From positions 4,085-68,084 of the forward strand of contig NW_021834485.1 of the NCBI RefSeq assembly GCF_006345805.1: 64,000 bases of DNA, in the 5' to 3' direction. Positions 24,674-38,729 of the stretch are shown here, in pieces. The notes under the pieces were generated by a model that saw only the letters and a program-made list of their open reading frames with translations, searched no databases and had not been told where the DNA came from. This DNA comes from Octopus sinensis (lineage: Eukaryota). Every line of letters starts with the position of its first letter. Within the stretch, counting starts at the first letter, position 1. The translations under genes and the position numbers were made by a program.

Positions 24674-24853
24674 TCTTGTCTTAGGAAGAGCTTTTTTATT
24701 CACCCATTCCTTTCCGGTCATTTCAAAATGTAACCACATGTGAATCGTTGGCGATTTCCTTCCTCCGTTTTCCCTTCTATTAGACTTTCCTCTGTTTCCG
24801 AAGAAGAGCGTCTACTCGAAACGTTAAATCATCTTTCTTTCCTTCCCTGCTAA
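24674..24853 (+). repeat. 180-bp direct repeat copy 2, with hammerhead motif at 24794-24829
   Basis: Offset 760 bp from copy 1; core CCGAAGA; flanked by a 16-bp inverted repeat. Confidence 0.85.
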
Positions 24854-25628
24854 GCGTTCTTGGTTCATGAGGTGGTATGACAACAGTTGCAAAAGATGTC
24901 TTTCGCTCAGCCAATTCTCAATTGCATGTGAAATGGCCGTTGTGACGGCATTCACCCTTTCTCTCAATACAACATAGCGTTTCAGAGAGAGACAGAGAGG
25001 GAGAGACAGAAAGACAGGCAGAGATAAAGAGTGGGAACGTATTTGACGTTGAGGGCGAGGTAGCCAAACAGAATCGACCCCAAGACAAAAATGGTATTTT
25101 ATTTTTGAACGATCCCCGAAATGATCAAAGAGCAATTTCCCTTTGCCGCGTTTTTGGCTCAGATGGCAAAGAGCCTGAACTAATACACAACGCAAACCCT
25201 TCTGTTCAGTGCTCTAACGCCTCGGCCATTTCGCAGCCATACTTTAAAGGTTGATAATATTTTATTCCGTTCGATCTTCGTGTGAAGAATTGATATCAAT
25301 CAATAATTTCCCACGTCTACCGTACAGCCTGATCCACGTCTATTATATTCAATTTCTCCTTTTGTCTTTCAAACAATCTGTTGACCTTTACGTCTTGATG
25401 AGGTCAACGAAAACTGAGGACGTTAATCAGCTCAATTAGTCGCAACTAAGCACAATGTTCATTAGCATTATCAATATTGGTCATTAGGTTAAATAACTCT
25501 TCCTGTGCCTGTCTGTTTGTCTGTGTGCGTAGATTTGTGTATCTATGTGTGTGTGTGTATGTTTGTGCGTCTTTGTGTGAATGTGTTTTGTATGTTAATG
25601 GTTGTATGTTTGTATATCCGTTTGCGTG

Positions 25629-25672
<44 letters not shown>

Positions 25673-25831
25673 TGTGTATGTGTATGTGTGAGTATGTGTG
25701 TGTTTGCATGCTTTTATTTTTTTTCTATGTCTATGTTTGTATGTTTATATATTTGTCTGAGTGAGTACGCGTGCTTGTATACGTGCTTGTAAATGTGTAT
25801 TTGTGTCTGTGACTGTTTGTGCCTCGTATGC

Positions 25832-25875
<44 letters not shown>

Positions 25876-26119
25876 TGTATGTGTGTGTGTGTATAGATTT
25901 CCACTATACATAAAGGCTCGTGTTGCAAAGAGAGAACATCCTGTAACCTTTATTGACAAACGCCACAATTTTCAGCCACCAGAATCATCAACAAATGAGA
26001 AAAACGCTTCGAGGTCGCCACTCGAAATAACAACCAAACAGGGAATGTAGATAAGTCTATATAATATATTTTGGGGTATGTAATACAGCCTGAGTGTATA
26101 CAATTTAGTCTGGTGTATA

Positions 26120-26337
26120 TAATCCTTTCTACAGGAAGCACAAGGCCTCAAATTTAGGGGGAGAGATTAAGTCGATTACATCGACCCCAGTTCGTAACTG
26201 GTACTTATTTAATCGACCCCGAAAGGATGAAAGGCAAAGTCGACCTCGGCGAAATTTGAACTCAGAACGTAGCGGCAAACGAAATACTGCTAAACATTTC
26301 GCCAGGTGTGCTAATGATTCTGCCAGCTCGCTGCCTT
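26120..26337 (-). mobile_element. SINE family A, single module
   Basis: Reverse complement from head to the TGTAGAAAGGATTAT tail. Confidence 0.85.
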
Positions 26338-26508
26338 GAGTCAGGTGTATATAATGCACTTAGTGTATATAATATGTGAATAGGAATGGATTTGACCTAT
26401 TAGAAATGGGAGCGATGGACTCTTGGAGCTAATCAACGGCAGCATTCGTCCTATTTTTCTGGACTGTCATGTTAGCTTGGCGATGACTATTTATATATTA
26501 TATTATAG

Positions 26509-26583
<75 letters not shown>

Positions 26584-26819
26584 TATATCTTATATATATA
26601 CTATATATATGCATATACATACCTACATACATACATACATATATATTTAATATATTATATATATATACGATATATATATATATTTATTATTTTACTCTTA
26701 TTTGCTTCAGTTATTTGAATGCAGTCATGCTGGGCCACCGCCTATATACATAAATACATACATATATAAATACATATATACATACATACATACACATATA
26801 CATACACATATACATACAT

Positions 26820-26854
<35 letters not shown>

Positions 26855-27102
26855 ATTGAAAACCAAGAAGAGAGTGGAGATTTATTCACAACTAAACCCT
26901 TTTTATGAAAAAGGTTATTACAGCATATATAACAATGACCAACATATGACCAACATAGATATATATATATAGATAGATAGATAGATAGACAGACAGCCAG
27001 ACAGACAGACAGCCAGACAGACAGACAGAAGACAGATAGATAGATAGATTGATAGATAGATAGATAGATAGATAGAGAGATAGATAGATAGATAGATGAT
27101 AT

Positions 27103-27137
<35 letters not shown>

Positions 27138-27339
27138 GTTCGAGTGATCGATAGATAGATAGAGAGACGGGCAGACAGACAGACAGACGGACGGATACTT
27201 CGACTGACAAAAAAGATAAACAGATACAGACACAGGCAGACAGCAGACAGAAAATTGTAGAAGTTATAACTGTGGTGTTGGTGGTGGTGGTGGTGGTGGT
27301 GGTGGTGGTGGTGGCGACGGCGGCGGCGGCGTTAGCGGT

Positions 27340-27715
27340 GGTTGGTGGCGAAATCGGCAGTATTATGGAGGGATGAGTTTGGGTTGGTGGTGGATGCTGT
27401 GTCAGTTCGGATGAAATAAAAAGATGAAGAGGGATTTGAAACACCAACTCGAACTTGACCCCGTTGTTAAGCCGGCCAGAAGTAGCAACACACAGCGCGT
27501 CAGTGTGATGGCGGAAGTGATCATGTGATGTATAACGTGTGTTCATTGAACCGTGTAAGGATAGCGTGACGGGGTGGCTGCAGGGTTCGTAAAAACTGAC
27601 GGCTTCTCCTGAGTTTTGATCGCCTGTCGCACGACCTTGCGTGGCCGTGTGTCACACTGTCACAACGCGCTGGCGGAAGTTCCAAAGTCACACATCATAA
27701 CGCTTCAAACTCGTC
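27340..27715. promoter_or_regulatory. CpG-rich unique island, candidate cis-regulatory element
   Basis: Non-repetitive sequence between microsatellites; TGGCGGAAGT twice (GCGGAAGT cores at 27511 and 27673); CGCGTCA half-CRE. Confidence 0.3.
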
Positions 27716-27779
27716 TTCTTCTCGTCGTCATGGTCGTCATCGTCGTTGGAGTGATGTTTATTGTTATTGGTGTAGCCAT

Positions 27780-28158
27780 TGTTGTTGTTGTTGTTGTTGA
27801 CGATGATGATGATGATGATTATGATGATGACGATGACGACGACGATGATGATGACGACGACGACGATGACGATGATGATGATGATGATGATTGGTGGTGG
27901 TGGTGGTGGTGGTGGTGGTGGTGGTGGTGGCGATGATGATGATGATGATGATTGGTGGTGGTGGTGGTGGCGGCAATGATGATGATGTCTATGATGAAGA
28001 TGATGATGATGACGACGACGATGATGATGATGGTGGTAGTGGTGGTTAAGGTCGGGACGTTTGCTAGTCTTGGTTTTTGTTTTGTTATTGCTGAAATTGT
28101 TCTTGTCAGTGTTGTTGTTGTTGTTGTTGTTGTTATTGCTGTTGTTGTTGTGTTGTTG

Positions 28159-28190
<32 letters not shown>

Positions 28191-28288
28191 GGTGGTGGTG
28201 GTGATGGCTGTCGTCGTCGTCGTGATGATGCTGTTGATGATGATGATGATGATGGTGGTGATGATGATGATGATGATGATGATTTTGG

Positions 28289-28368
<80 letters not shown>

Positions 28369-28372
28369 GTGG

Positions 28373-28404
<32 letters not shown>

Positions 28405-28411
28405 GTGATGG

Positions 28412-28443
<32 letters not shown>

Positions 28444-28480
28444 GTTGATGGTGATGATGATGATGATGATGATGGTGTGG

Positions 28481-28535
<55 letters not shown>

Positions 28536-28558
28536 GATGATGATGATGATGGTGATGG

Positions 28559-28614
<56 letters not shown>

Positions 28615-28619
28615 GTGAT

Positions 28620-28700
<81 letters not shown>

Positions 28701-28737
28701 GTGATGGTGATGATGATGATGATGATGATGGTGATGG

Positions 28738-28772
<35 letters not shown>

Positions 28773-28833
28773 GTGATGATGATTTTGGTGATGACAATGA
28801 TATTGATGATGATGATGGTGGTGACAATGATAT

Positions 28834-28874
<41 letters not shown>

Positions 28875-28902
28875 GTGACGATGGTGATGATGATGATGAT
28901 GT
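27780..28902. repeat. About 1.1-kb compound (GAT)n/(GGT)n/(GTT)n trinucleotide tract
   Basis: Directly visible. Confidence 0.97.
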
Positions 28903-30404
28903 AATTTTTACTGCTTTTCTTCCATTTGTGTTGTTGTTCTTAGAGCTGCTGATGGGGGATGCTGGTGCAGCGTTTATTACTGCAGACGTAGTTATTTTAT
29001 TTTATTGTTGTTTTTGTAGTTGCTGTTGTTTTCTTTGTGTCATTGCTATTCTCGTGCTGCTGCTGCTGCTGTTGTAGTTTTGTGTTGTTATTGTTGTTGT
29101 TGTTATTATTTTTCTTCTTCTTCTTCTTTTTCTCTACCTCCTCCATTATCCTCTTCATCATCATCATCATCATCATCATCATTATCATCATCATCACCAT
29201 CATCATTATAAACATCAAAATCATGCTCACCATCGTCATCGTCATCATCATCCGACCTTTTAACACAAGACATTCCAGCCTTGACCACTCCGTCTTTTTC
29301 CAATCTCCGAGAGACGTCAGACCACATTATCGAGTGTGTTGTTTTCTTTAGACACTATTGCGTAATTTGAGACTATATTTGTATTTATAGATGTCTGTGT
29401 GTCTTTTGCTATTTTTAGATGGATGGGTAACTATAAAGACCCTCTCGTTGAGTCGAGTTCTTCTTCATAATGTTGTTCATAATGTTGTTATTGATGATGG
29501 TGGTGGTTAAGGTGCGGCGGCTGGATAATGCGAAGCTCGTTTATGTGGGTAACAATGGCGCTGTTTTTACTGATGTCCGCTGATGGTGGTGATGCGAGTG
29601 ACGGTGATGCGGGTGGCGGTGTTTGTTGTTAGTTGTTGGGCCGGTGGGTGTTGGCTATCATACCGTATACCCTTATTTAGCTGGCCTTTGATCAAACACA
29701 TTCATGTTGTGATCATGCTGTTTTTTTTGGTTTTTTTTTAGTTCCAGATTTTTATATCTAGGACTACATTATCCAGAGTGTCCTTCATTTCTTAAACGTG
29801 TAGATGTGATTTTAAAGGTGATTTGTTTGCCATTTCTCTAAGCAAACCAACATATAGAGAGGTTCCCAGGTGAAATCGTTTTCTTTTCTAAATCATTTAT
29901 ATCAAAGACGACCACAGGTGATTTGAGGAACATTTTGCTGTACATATAAAACCTCCTCCTAGGTTGTTTTTCGATGATATTGTTGTTGAACTTTATGTAC
30001 CTCTTCTTGTTGCAGTTAGTGTAGTTCTTTTAGCTGTTGTCTTCTTCTTCTTCGTCTTCTTCTTCTTCTTTTTCTTCTTCTTCTTCTTCTTCTTCTTCTT
30101 CTTCTTCTTCTTCTTCTTCCAATCAGGACTCACGCCATTAGCCACAAAGAATAATCTTTAATTCGAGCCTACTCTAAGCTACAAAGAATGCGTGTGGCAA
30201 CTTGAAGATCCACCCACCACACGCGATAGACTGGCGGTTGCACGGGCGCGAAAGCTACGTTGTTATCCTCATTCCGTAAACAGTGGCTTTTTTAATGGTT
30301 GGAGAGCTGAACCATCCTAGTGTACAGAGGATTCGCAGTCTAGACTAGGGTCTGAAATTTTACCACATTATAGTGGGTTACACCATGGTTCCTCTGCTTT
30401 GTGG

Positions 30405-30600
30405 CAGAAGTAGGAAGAAAGAGTGAGAGAAAGTTGTGGTGAAAGAGTACAGCGGGGTTTACCACCCTACCCCTGCCGGAGCCTCGTTGAGCTTAGGTGT
30501 GTTTGCGCAATAAACTCTCACAATGCCCGGTCTGGGAATCGAAACGGCGTTCTTACGACCGCGAGACCGCTGCCCTAATCACTGGGCCATTGCGCCTCCA
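30405..30600 (-). mobile_element. SINE family C
   Basis: Homologous to 18500-18687. Confidence 0.8.
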
Positions 30601-30799
30601 CTTTAGCTGTTGTTGCTGTTGTTTAAACCTACGACAGCCTCATGGTATGTACATAGATTACTAAGAGAAATCTGCGGACCCATGCAATCATAACATCAAT
30701 TTAAATGCAGTGCCATCTTTAGCTGCACAAATAAATAAACGGAATTTTAACAAGTAGGTGCTTCAACTTAAGTACCTAATTCAACTGAATCTGATATAT

Positions 30800-30965
30800 T
30801 GGCGGTCTCTTTCAATTTCCGTCCACCAAATCCATCCACAAATCTTTGGCCGGCCCGAGGCTATAGTAAAAGACACTTGACGAAGGCGCCACACAGTGGG
30901 ACTGAACCTGGAAATATGTGTTTGGAAAGCAAGCTTTTTACTACAGTCACGCCTGCGCCTATCCA
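30800..30965 (-). mobile_element. SINE family B, 5' half
   Basis: Reverse complement of head and CORE-like segment. Confidence 0.7.
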
Positions 30966-31259
30966 CGCAGCCACGCCTTCGTATGATGACAACATGTATT
31001 TAACGGAGAGCTGCTGAGTTTCGATGAATTTTGGTTGAGGAGCTTACTTTAACGTTTTGGGGATTAACCCTTCTTATGTTCGCACACTGTCGGGTGAGTA
31101 AGATGGATCAAACATTCATTGAAAGAAAAAGATTTTAAAAGTGCTCAGCTAAGAAAAATTTTTACTTTTTCTTACTCACGCTTTAGGGGCAGTCCTCAAA
31201 ATATCTGACACCATCATGTCATGACGAAGAGGTAACCCTCCAATCTAGAGATTATTTTG

Positions 31260-31730
31260 CTCCAACCTGACGAATGAATGATCTATCTTCAGTCATCAGA
31301 TTCCACATCTTCACCATGGCATGCACACATATAAAGAGGTCGGTCCCCTACCCTTCAGGATCTTCTATCTCTTACAACATACAAACAAATATAAAGACAG
31401 CCCTAAACATTCACATTTAGAACTATTTGTCTCCTACAGCATACAAACTAATAAAAGGGACAGTAGAAAATTTCATATTCCAGTGTTTCCCACGACATAC
31501 AAGATTATAGGGATGCAGTCCCCCAAGACATCAGATACTGCTTACCCCTACGGCATACAAACTTATAAAGCGACAGTCACCAAAACTTCAGATTCTTCTG
31601 TGTCCCACGACGTAGAAACTTATTAGGGACAGTCCTCAACTCTTCAGATTTTGTGTCTCCCATAATGTACAAACTTATCGGAGGACAGTCGCCCAAACTG
31701 TACATCTCTCACCACATACAAACTTATCCA
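31260..31730 (+). repeat. Diverged minisatellite of about 57 bp, about 8 copies
   Basis: CATACAAACTTAT..GGGACAGTC..CAAAACTTCAGATT recurs near 31378, 31440, 31496, 31554, 31611, 31666 and 31715. Confidence 0.8.
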
Positions 31731-32441
31731 AACTCACAAACTCCTTTCAAAATATTAGGGCGAGAAATGCGGGAGAAATGGCTACGATTTCTAACAGGAC
31801 AGCCATATTGATGAGGGTTCTAATGCTGCAGTTGGGCTCGTTGCTGTGCCACTGCAAGAAATTGTGCAGTGAGGGTGTGAAGGTGCAGATGGTGTTAGTG
31901 AGATAACAGCTGGCATTAGGGTGACTGCTGCAGATGGTGTTGATGCTGAGCGTAAAGATGTTCTGATGTGACAATAATGTGAATGATGCTGGTGTGATTG
32001 TGCAGATGGTGTTGATGGTAAAATGGCGCAGGTACTACTGCAAGAAATGCTAGTTATGATAGTGCAGGCGGTGTCGGTGGTGGTGGTGGTGATAGTGGTG
32101 GTAGTAGTAATGTTGTTGGAGGTGGCGGTGACAGTGCTAATACTGCTGCTTTTGTTGTTGATAGCAGTAATGTTGTTGCTGTTGTTGTTGTTGTCGTTGT
32201 TGTTGGTGGTGGTGGTGGTGGTCGTCGTCGTCGTCGTCGGGTAGTGGTGCTGTTACTGGTGTTAGTGCTGGTGCTGGTGGTGATGGCAGTGATAGTGGTG
32301 GTGGTGGTGGTGGTGGTGGTGGTGGTGGTGGTGGTGGTGGTGCCGACAGTACAGCTACTAGTGCTTTTCTTGATGATGGTAGTAATGTTGTTGGTGATAG
32401 ACAAACAGACAGAGACAGACAGAACAGACAGACAGACATAG

Positions 32442-32520
<79 letters not shown>

Positions 32521-33041
32521 CCAACAGAACGACAGGCAGGCAGGCCAGGTAGGTAGGTAGGTAGGTAGGTAGGTAGGTAGGTAGGTAGGTAGGCAGGCAG
32601 ATTGTTGTGTAGGTAGGTAGAGACAGACGGATAGATAGATACATACATACATACATATGCATGCATACGTACATACACACATACATACATACACACATCC
32701 ATACATACATACATACATACATAGGAAAATGAATGACAATGTACACACTATACAGACACACATTCATGCACGCTTCTTATACCAGCAGCGACATCTATGG
32801 GCGTCAAACGCACATAACGCCGCACACATTTTCCATGGGTTGTCTGTGTCGTTCCTGGTGGCTAAAACACGCGCTCACGGCATGTGTGCAATATATGCAC
32901 AATAAACAAAGTGCACCGATAAACATATATATACACAGATAAACAGCTATTAACAGATACTCCTACCCATGCACACCACACACACACACAAACATAGAGA
33001 CATAGAAGTGTGTATACAATACATATTTACACATGTATATA

Positions 33042-33097
<56 letters not shown>

Positions 33098-33290
33098 AAC
33101 CACACACCATATATATATATATATATATACAGAGATATGTATTCATTTATGTAACATATATGTGTGCGTGCGCGTGGTGTACAAACACACACACACAAAC
33201 GTAAAATAATCGAAATATTAAAATATCCGTAAGTATGTATACATAAATACATGCATACATCCATATATGAATACACACATTCATACTTGA

Positions 33291-33323
<33 letters not shown>

Positions 33324-33379
33324 TATACATATATATATGTATATTTATATATATATATAAACACACACAACACACACAT

Positions 33380-33410
<31 letters not shown>

Positions 33411-33601
33411 GATATATATATATATACATACATACATATATATATATACATACATAAATATATATATATATACATACGTACTTACATACATACTACATAC
33501 ATACATATATACATACATACATACATACATACATACATACAAACGTACATACATACATACATACATACATATATACATACATACATACATACATACATAC
33601 A

Positions 33602-33635
<34 letters not shown>

Positions 33636-33807
33636 AATACAAACATGCATAGATGCATATACATACCTAAAAATATACATACATGTGAATCACGAAGCAC
33701 GTGAAGAGAAAAACCCGTATAGAGAGAAAAATAAAGCGAAACGAATGTAAACAACAGAGGTCACGTGACAGACAGACAGACACAGACAGACAGACAGACA
33801 GACAGAC

Positions 33808-33871
<64 letters not shown>

Positions 33872-33913
33872 GATAGATAGATAGATAGAAAGATAGATAG
33901 ATAGATAGATAGA

Positions 33914-33988
<75 letters not shown>

Positions 33989-34084
33989 CCGGAAGGTGGG
34001 AAAGATAGAAAGAGAGCGGAATAGAGCGAAATCTAGAATAAAAAAATTGGTGGCGATGTTGTTTGTAGGCATTGAAATACATAG

Positions 34085-34290
34085 ATGATGAAGATGCTGG
34101 ATTTCATTTGGTGTGGGTGATGCACCGCATAGAGTAGGGGCCAGTTAGTTAGCGGAGCGTGGCGGATATATAATCTGTGTGGGATGACATCGTTCATTGT
34201 TCACGCATGGTTGAGCAGGACTGATGCCCTGAGGCAAGCTGTTATGAGGGCGAAGAGAATTGCGTCGGGTCTGACACACTGTGCATACAA
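34085..34290. promoter_or_regulatory. Unique island with clustered Sox, Pax6-like and AP-2-like motifs
   Basis: CATTGT (34195-34200), TTCACGCATGGTT (34200-34212), TGCCCTGAGGCA (34225-34236). Confidence 0.3.
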
Positions 34291-34336
34291 TTTTTGTACA
34301 CACACACACACACATACAAACACACACGCTCACACG

Positions 34337-34367
<31 letters not shown>

Positions 34368-34464
34368 GCATGTATATTTTATGTACTTATGCGCCTGTAT
34401 ATATAAATACATAAATATATGTATATGTATGTGTATATATATATATATATCTATATCTATCTAC

Positions 34465-34503
<39 letters not shown>

Positions 34504-34714
34504 ATATATATATATATAATATTATATATATATATATACATATATACAATATATACATATATCTATATATATACATATATATGTAAGTATATATATCTAT
34601 CTATATATATACATATATACATATTATATATATATATACATATATATTACATATATAATATATATAATATATATACCATATATATGTATACATATATATA
34701 TATATGTTAATATG

Positions 34715-34755
<41 letters not shown>

Positions 34756-35244
34756 TATATATATATATATATAATATATTTGTATGTATTTGCATATATA
34801 CGTGCACATATATACACACACAGATATATATACATATGTATACATATATATATATATAGATATAACTGCGTATATAGACATATACTGACACCTAGTGGAC
34901 TGTGTGTTTGCTCAATTATGTAAACACGCATGTATGTATTTTTGTATGTATGTTAATGCAAACCTCGCAGTTTAAACACTTTGGTGTAAACAAAACACAA
35001 GTCAACTCACTAAAAGCAGAATATATTAAAATATATTTATTAAAGCTAAATCTTTAAAATGTTTTAACTTTGAATTTCACGTCTCTAATCTTCGTACGAA
35101 TTTAAGGAATGAAACAAGAACCCATTAATAAATATGTTTAGAAGCATCATCTAAATTTTTCAACGGAAAGCTTCCAACACTCTAACCCAATTTTTTTTTT
35201 ATTTGCATTTCATTTTCTAGTTTTGATGTTCCTTTTCTTTACCT

Positions 35245-35685
35245 CTTTTACTCTTTTACTTGTTTCAGTCATTTGACTGTGGCCATGCTGGAGCACCGCC
35301 TGTAGTTCAGCAAATTGACACTCAGGACTTATTCTTTGTAAAACCTATACTTATTCTATCGATCACTTTTGCCGAACCGCTAAGTTACGGAGACGTAAAC
35401 ACACCAGCATCGGTTGTCAAGCGATGTGGCGGGGTGGGACAAACACACACACAACACACACACAAACACACACACACACACTATATATATATTATATATA
35501 TAATATATATAATATATGTATATACATATGCGACGGGCTTCTTTCAGTTTCCGTCTACCAAATCCGCTCACGAGGCTTTGGTCGGCCCGAGGTTATAGTA
35601 GAAGACACTTGCCCAAGGTACCACGCAGTGGGACTGAACCCGGAACCATGTGGTTGGTAAGCAAGCTGCGTACCACACAGCCACG
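35245..35685 (-). mobile_element. SINE family B, near full length
   Basis: Reverse complement from tail to head. Confidence 0.88.
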
Positions 35686-35867
35686 TCTAATTTTCGCTTC
35701 TTATTGCGCTGTAGTTTATTTTATATGCATTTGTGAATAATAGGAGGATTCAGATAGTATTTTGAACATCAAGGCTATTTTTTCTCCCTATACATTTCAA
35801 TAATTTTCATCTCACTTTCTTGTCCCGCTACTTTCTGTCATTCTATAATATTGCGTCATTTTTACTA

Positions 35868-36195
35868 AAGGCGGCGAGCTGGCAGAGTTGTCAGCACGCC
35901 GAGCAAAATAGCGACATTTCATCTATCTCTAAGTTCAGAGTTCAAATCTCGCCAAGGTCTACTTTGCCTTTTATCTTTTCGGGGTCCATAAAATAAGTAC
36001 CAGTTGAACACTGGAGCCGACATGATCGATTTCCTCCATCCTCCGACATCGCTGGATTTGTATCAGAATTTCAAACCATTATTATTCCGCCGAGATTGAC
36101 TTTGCTTTTCATCCTTTTAGACGAGCAATTGGGGCGATGTAATCGATTCGTCTCCTCACCAGAATTTCAGTCCTTGCGTCTATAGTAGAAAGGAA
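35868..36195 (+). mobile_element. Diverged SINE family A with partial second module
   Basis: AAGGCGGCGAGCTGGCAGAG...GTTCAAATC. Confidence 0.75.
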
Positions 36196-36320
36196 TGTTG
36201 TAGCATTTCAGCGTGAATAATGTTTGTGAATGATTTTGCACTAAAATGCTCCCAATATTTTCGCATTCATTTGTTTTTAATTATATATATATGTGTGTGT
36301 GTGTGTCTGTGTACGTATCC

Positions 36321-36382
<62 letters not shown>

Positions 36383-36394
36383 CTTTCTGTGTTC

Positions 36395-36430
36395 CTTTCT
36401 GCGGAAGAGCGTAGGCTCGAAACGTTAAAG
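36395..36430 (+). ncRNA. Degenerate minimal hammerhead motif
   Basis: CTTT-CTGCGGA-A-GAGC-GTAG-GCTC-GAA-ACGT-T-AAAG; stem I is CTTT/AAAG, covarying with GTTT/AAAC in other copies; core A6 is mutated. Confidence 0.45.
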
Positions 36431-36509
36431 ACTTTTTCGGTTCCCGAACGTTATACTAATACATCTGTTTGTTGTCTACACCACCTGTCTTCGTCTTTTT
36501 TTTTTTTTT

Positions 36510-36889
36510 GCTTGTTTCAGTCATTTGACTGTGGCCATGCTGGAGCACCGCCTTTTAGCCGAGCAAATCGACCCCAGGACTTATTCTTTGTAAGCCTAGT
36601 ACTTATTCTATCGGTTTCTTTTGCCGAACCGCTACGTTACGGAGACGTAAATACACCAGCATCGGTTGTCAAGCGATGTTGGGAGGGGGAGGTCAAACAC
36701 AGACACACAAACACACACTCATATATATACATATACATATATGAGACGGGCTTCTTTCAGTTTCCGTCTACCAAGGCTTTGGTCGGCGCGAGGCTATAGT
36801 AGAAGATACTTGCCCAAGGTGCCACGCAGTCGGACTGAACCCGGAACCATGTGGTTGGTAAGCAAGCTACTTACCACACAGCCACTCCT
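36510..36889 (-). mobile_element. SINE family B
   Basis: Reverse complement from tail to head. Confidence 0.88.
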
Positions 36890-36933
36890 AGACGCAGAAG
36901 TTCCATTTAGGTTTAAGTCATGTAATATATATT

Positions 36934-36968
<35 letters not shown>

Positions 36969-37199
36969 CACACACACACATATATGTCTGTGTATGTGCG
37001 TGCATGTGTGCAGTGTGTACATGTGTATACGTATTTGTTGGTGTGTTGGGTGCGGCGTTGTGTGTGTCAGCTTATGTGAATGAGTGTCACGCTATACTTG
37101 CCCGCCCTTAACTCTGGGTCTAGTAAACAACTTGTTTTTTTTTGGCCACACTGCTGCTGCTGCAGTTGTTGCCGCTGTTGTTGTTGTTGTTGCTACTGA

Positions 37200-37231
<32 letters not shown>

Positions 37232-38729
37232 CTGTTCAAACTTGCCCACTGGCTACACATGCGATTCGGCCAAATCTGATTTAGAGACTAGCGTTCCATA
37301 GACGAGCGAAGGTATAATCTTGTCGGCTGAAGCAGAACCTCCCCCACCCATCTTACCCTACCCCCACCCCTTGCCCTCCTTACTCTCCAACTCCCCTCAC
37401 CACAACCACCACCAACAACAACAGAACTACCACCACCACTACTACTACTACTAGTACTGCTACTACCTCCACCATCATTATCACCGCTTTCACCATCAAA
37501 CCACTACCATCATTTCTCTGCCACCACTACCACTAACACCAACACCCCCATTATCATTACCACTACCACCACTATGATCACCAACACCGCCATCACAATC
37601 TCTATCACCACCACCACCATCACCAACACCACCGCACCCCCCCACACACACACATAATCACGACAATCGCCAACATTAATGCAAGCATCAGCTCCATCCT
37701 AACACCCCCACCACTACCACAACGAAAGCGCATTACTCTCACTACCACCATGAACTACTGTATCAAATCACCACCACCACCACCACTACTTTACACTAAG
37801 ATAAACCAACACCATCATAATGACCTCAATCTCTCTGCGCCATCATAACGCCGTGACCACCACCACTGCAAACATCATCATTATCATCATCATCAACATC
37901 GACATCTAAGGAAGACGAAGAACGATGCTGTAACTCGACCTGCGAGAAATAACGGAAATATAAAGGACACATTGGATAACATATTCCTAGATAGATTTTG
38001 GCTTAACAAAATATATAGCACGATCTACTAAGCTTGCACTTACAATGTCGTTCTTTTTCTTCTTTTCTTCTTCATCTGTTTCTTCTTCTTCTTCTTCTTC
38101 TTCTTCTTCTTCTTCTTCTTCTTCTTCTTCTTCTTCTTCTTCTTCGTCTTCTTCTTCTTCTTCTTCTTCTTCTTCTTCTTCTTCTTCTTCTTTTTCTCCC
38201 CTCTTCCTCTTCCACCTCCTCCTTATTCTTATTCTTCTTTTTCTCCCCACCACCACCTCCTCCTCCTCCTTATTCTTATTCTCGTTTTCCTTCTCCTCCT
38301 TTCTTCTTTCTCTCATCCTCTCTCTCTCACACTTACTCGATCTCTCTCTTTCTCTCTCACTCGCCCACTCGCTCTCAATCCCATACACATCCATATCATA
38401 CACACTGTACGTCACACACACACATACATGCACACACATTACACTCCACATAGACACATTATTCACACACATATAGATATACGTATTTTTACATCTACAT
38501 CTCGATCTTCACAAAATCTTCCAAGCTCCATTTTGTTCTTGAAGTTTTTGATACACTTTGGGACACCAACGTAGCACAAGAATTTCGAAGTTGAAAAAAA
38601 TTCGTTATCAAGCATTCATGATGACCCGACAGCAGTAAAAAACATGAAGTAGCTATGAGAGAAGAGAAAGAATTTGGAAATGGTAGCAAATTCAGAGGGA
38701 TTGCTGTATTTCTATTTCGATTCCACAAA

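Noticed and set aside
27688-28904. Long ORFs encoding poly-His, poly-Met or poly-Ser (up to 379 aa)
   Set aside because: They are translations of a (GAT)n/(GGT)n tract that lacks stops in most frames; no domain or splice context.
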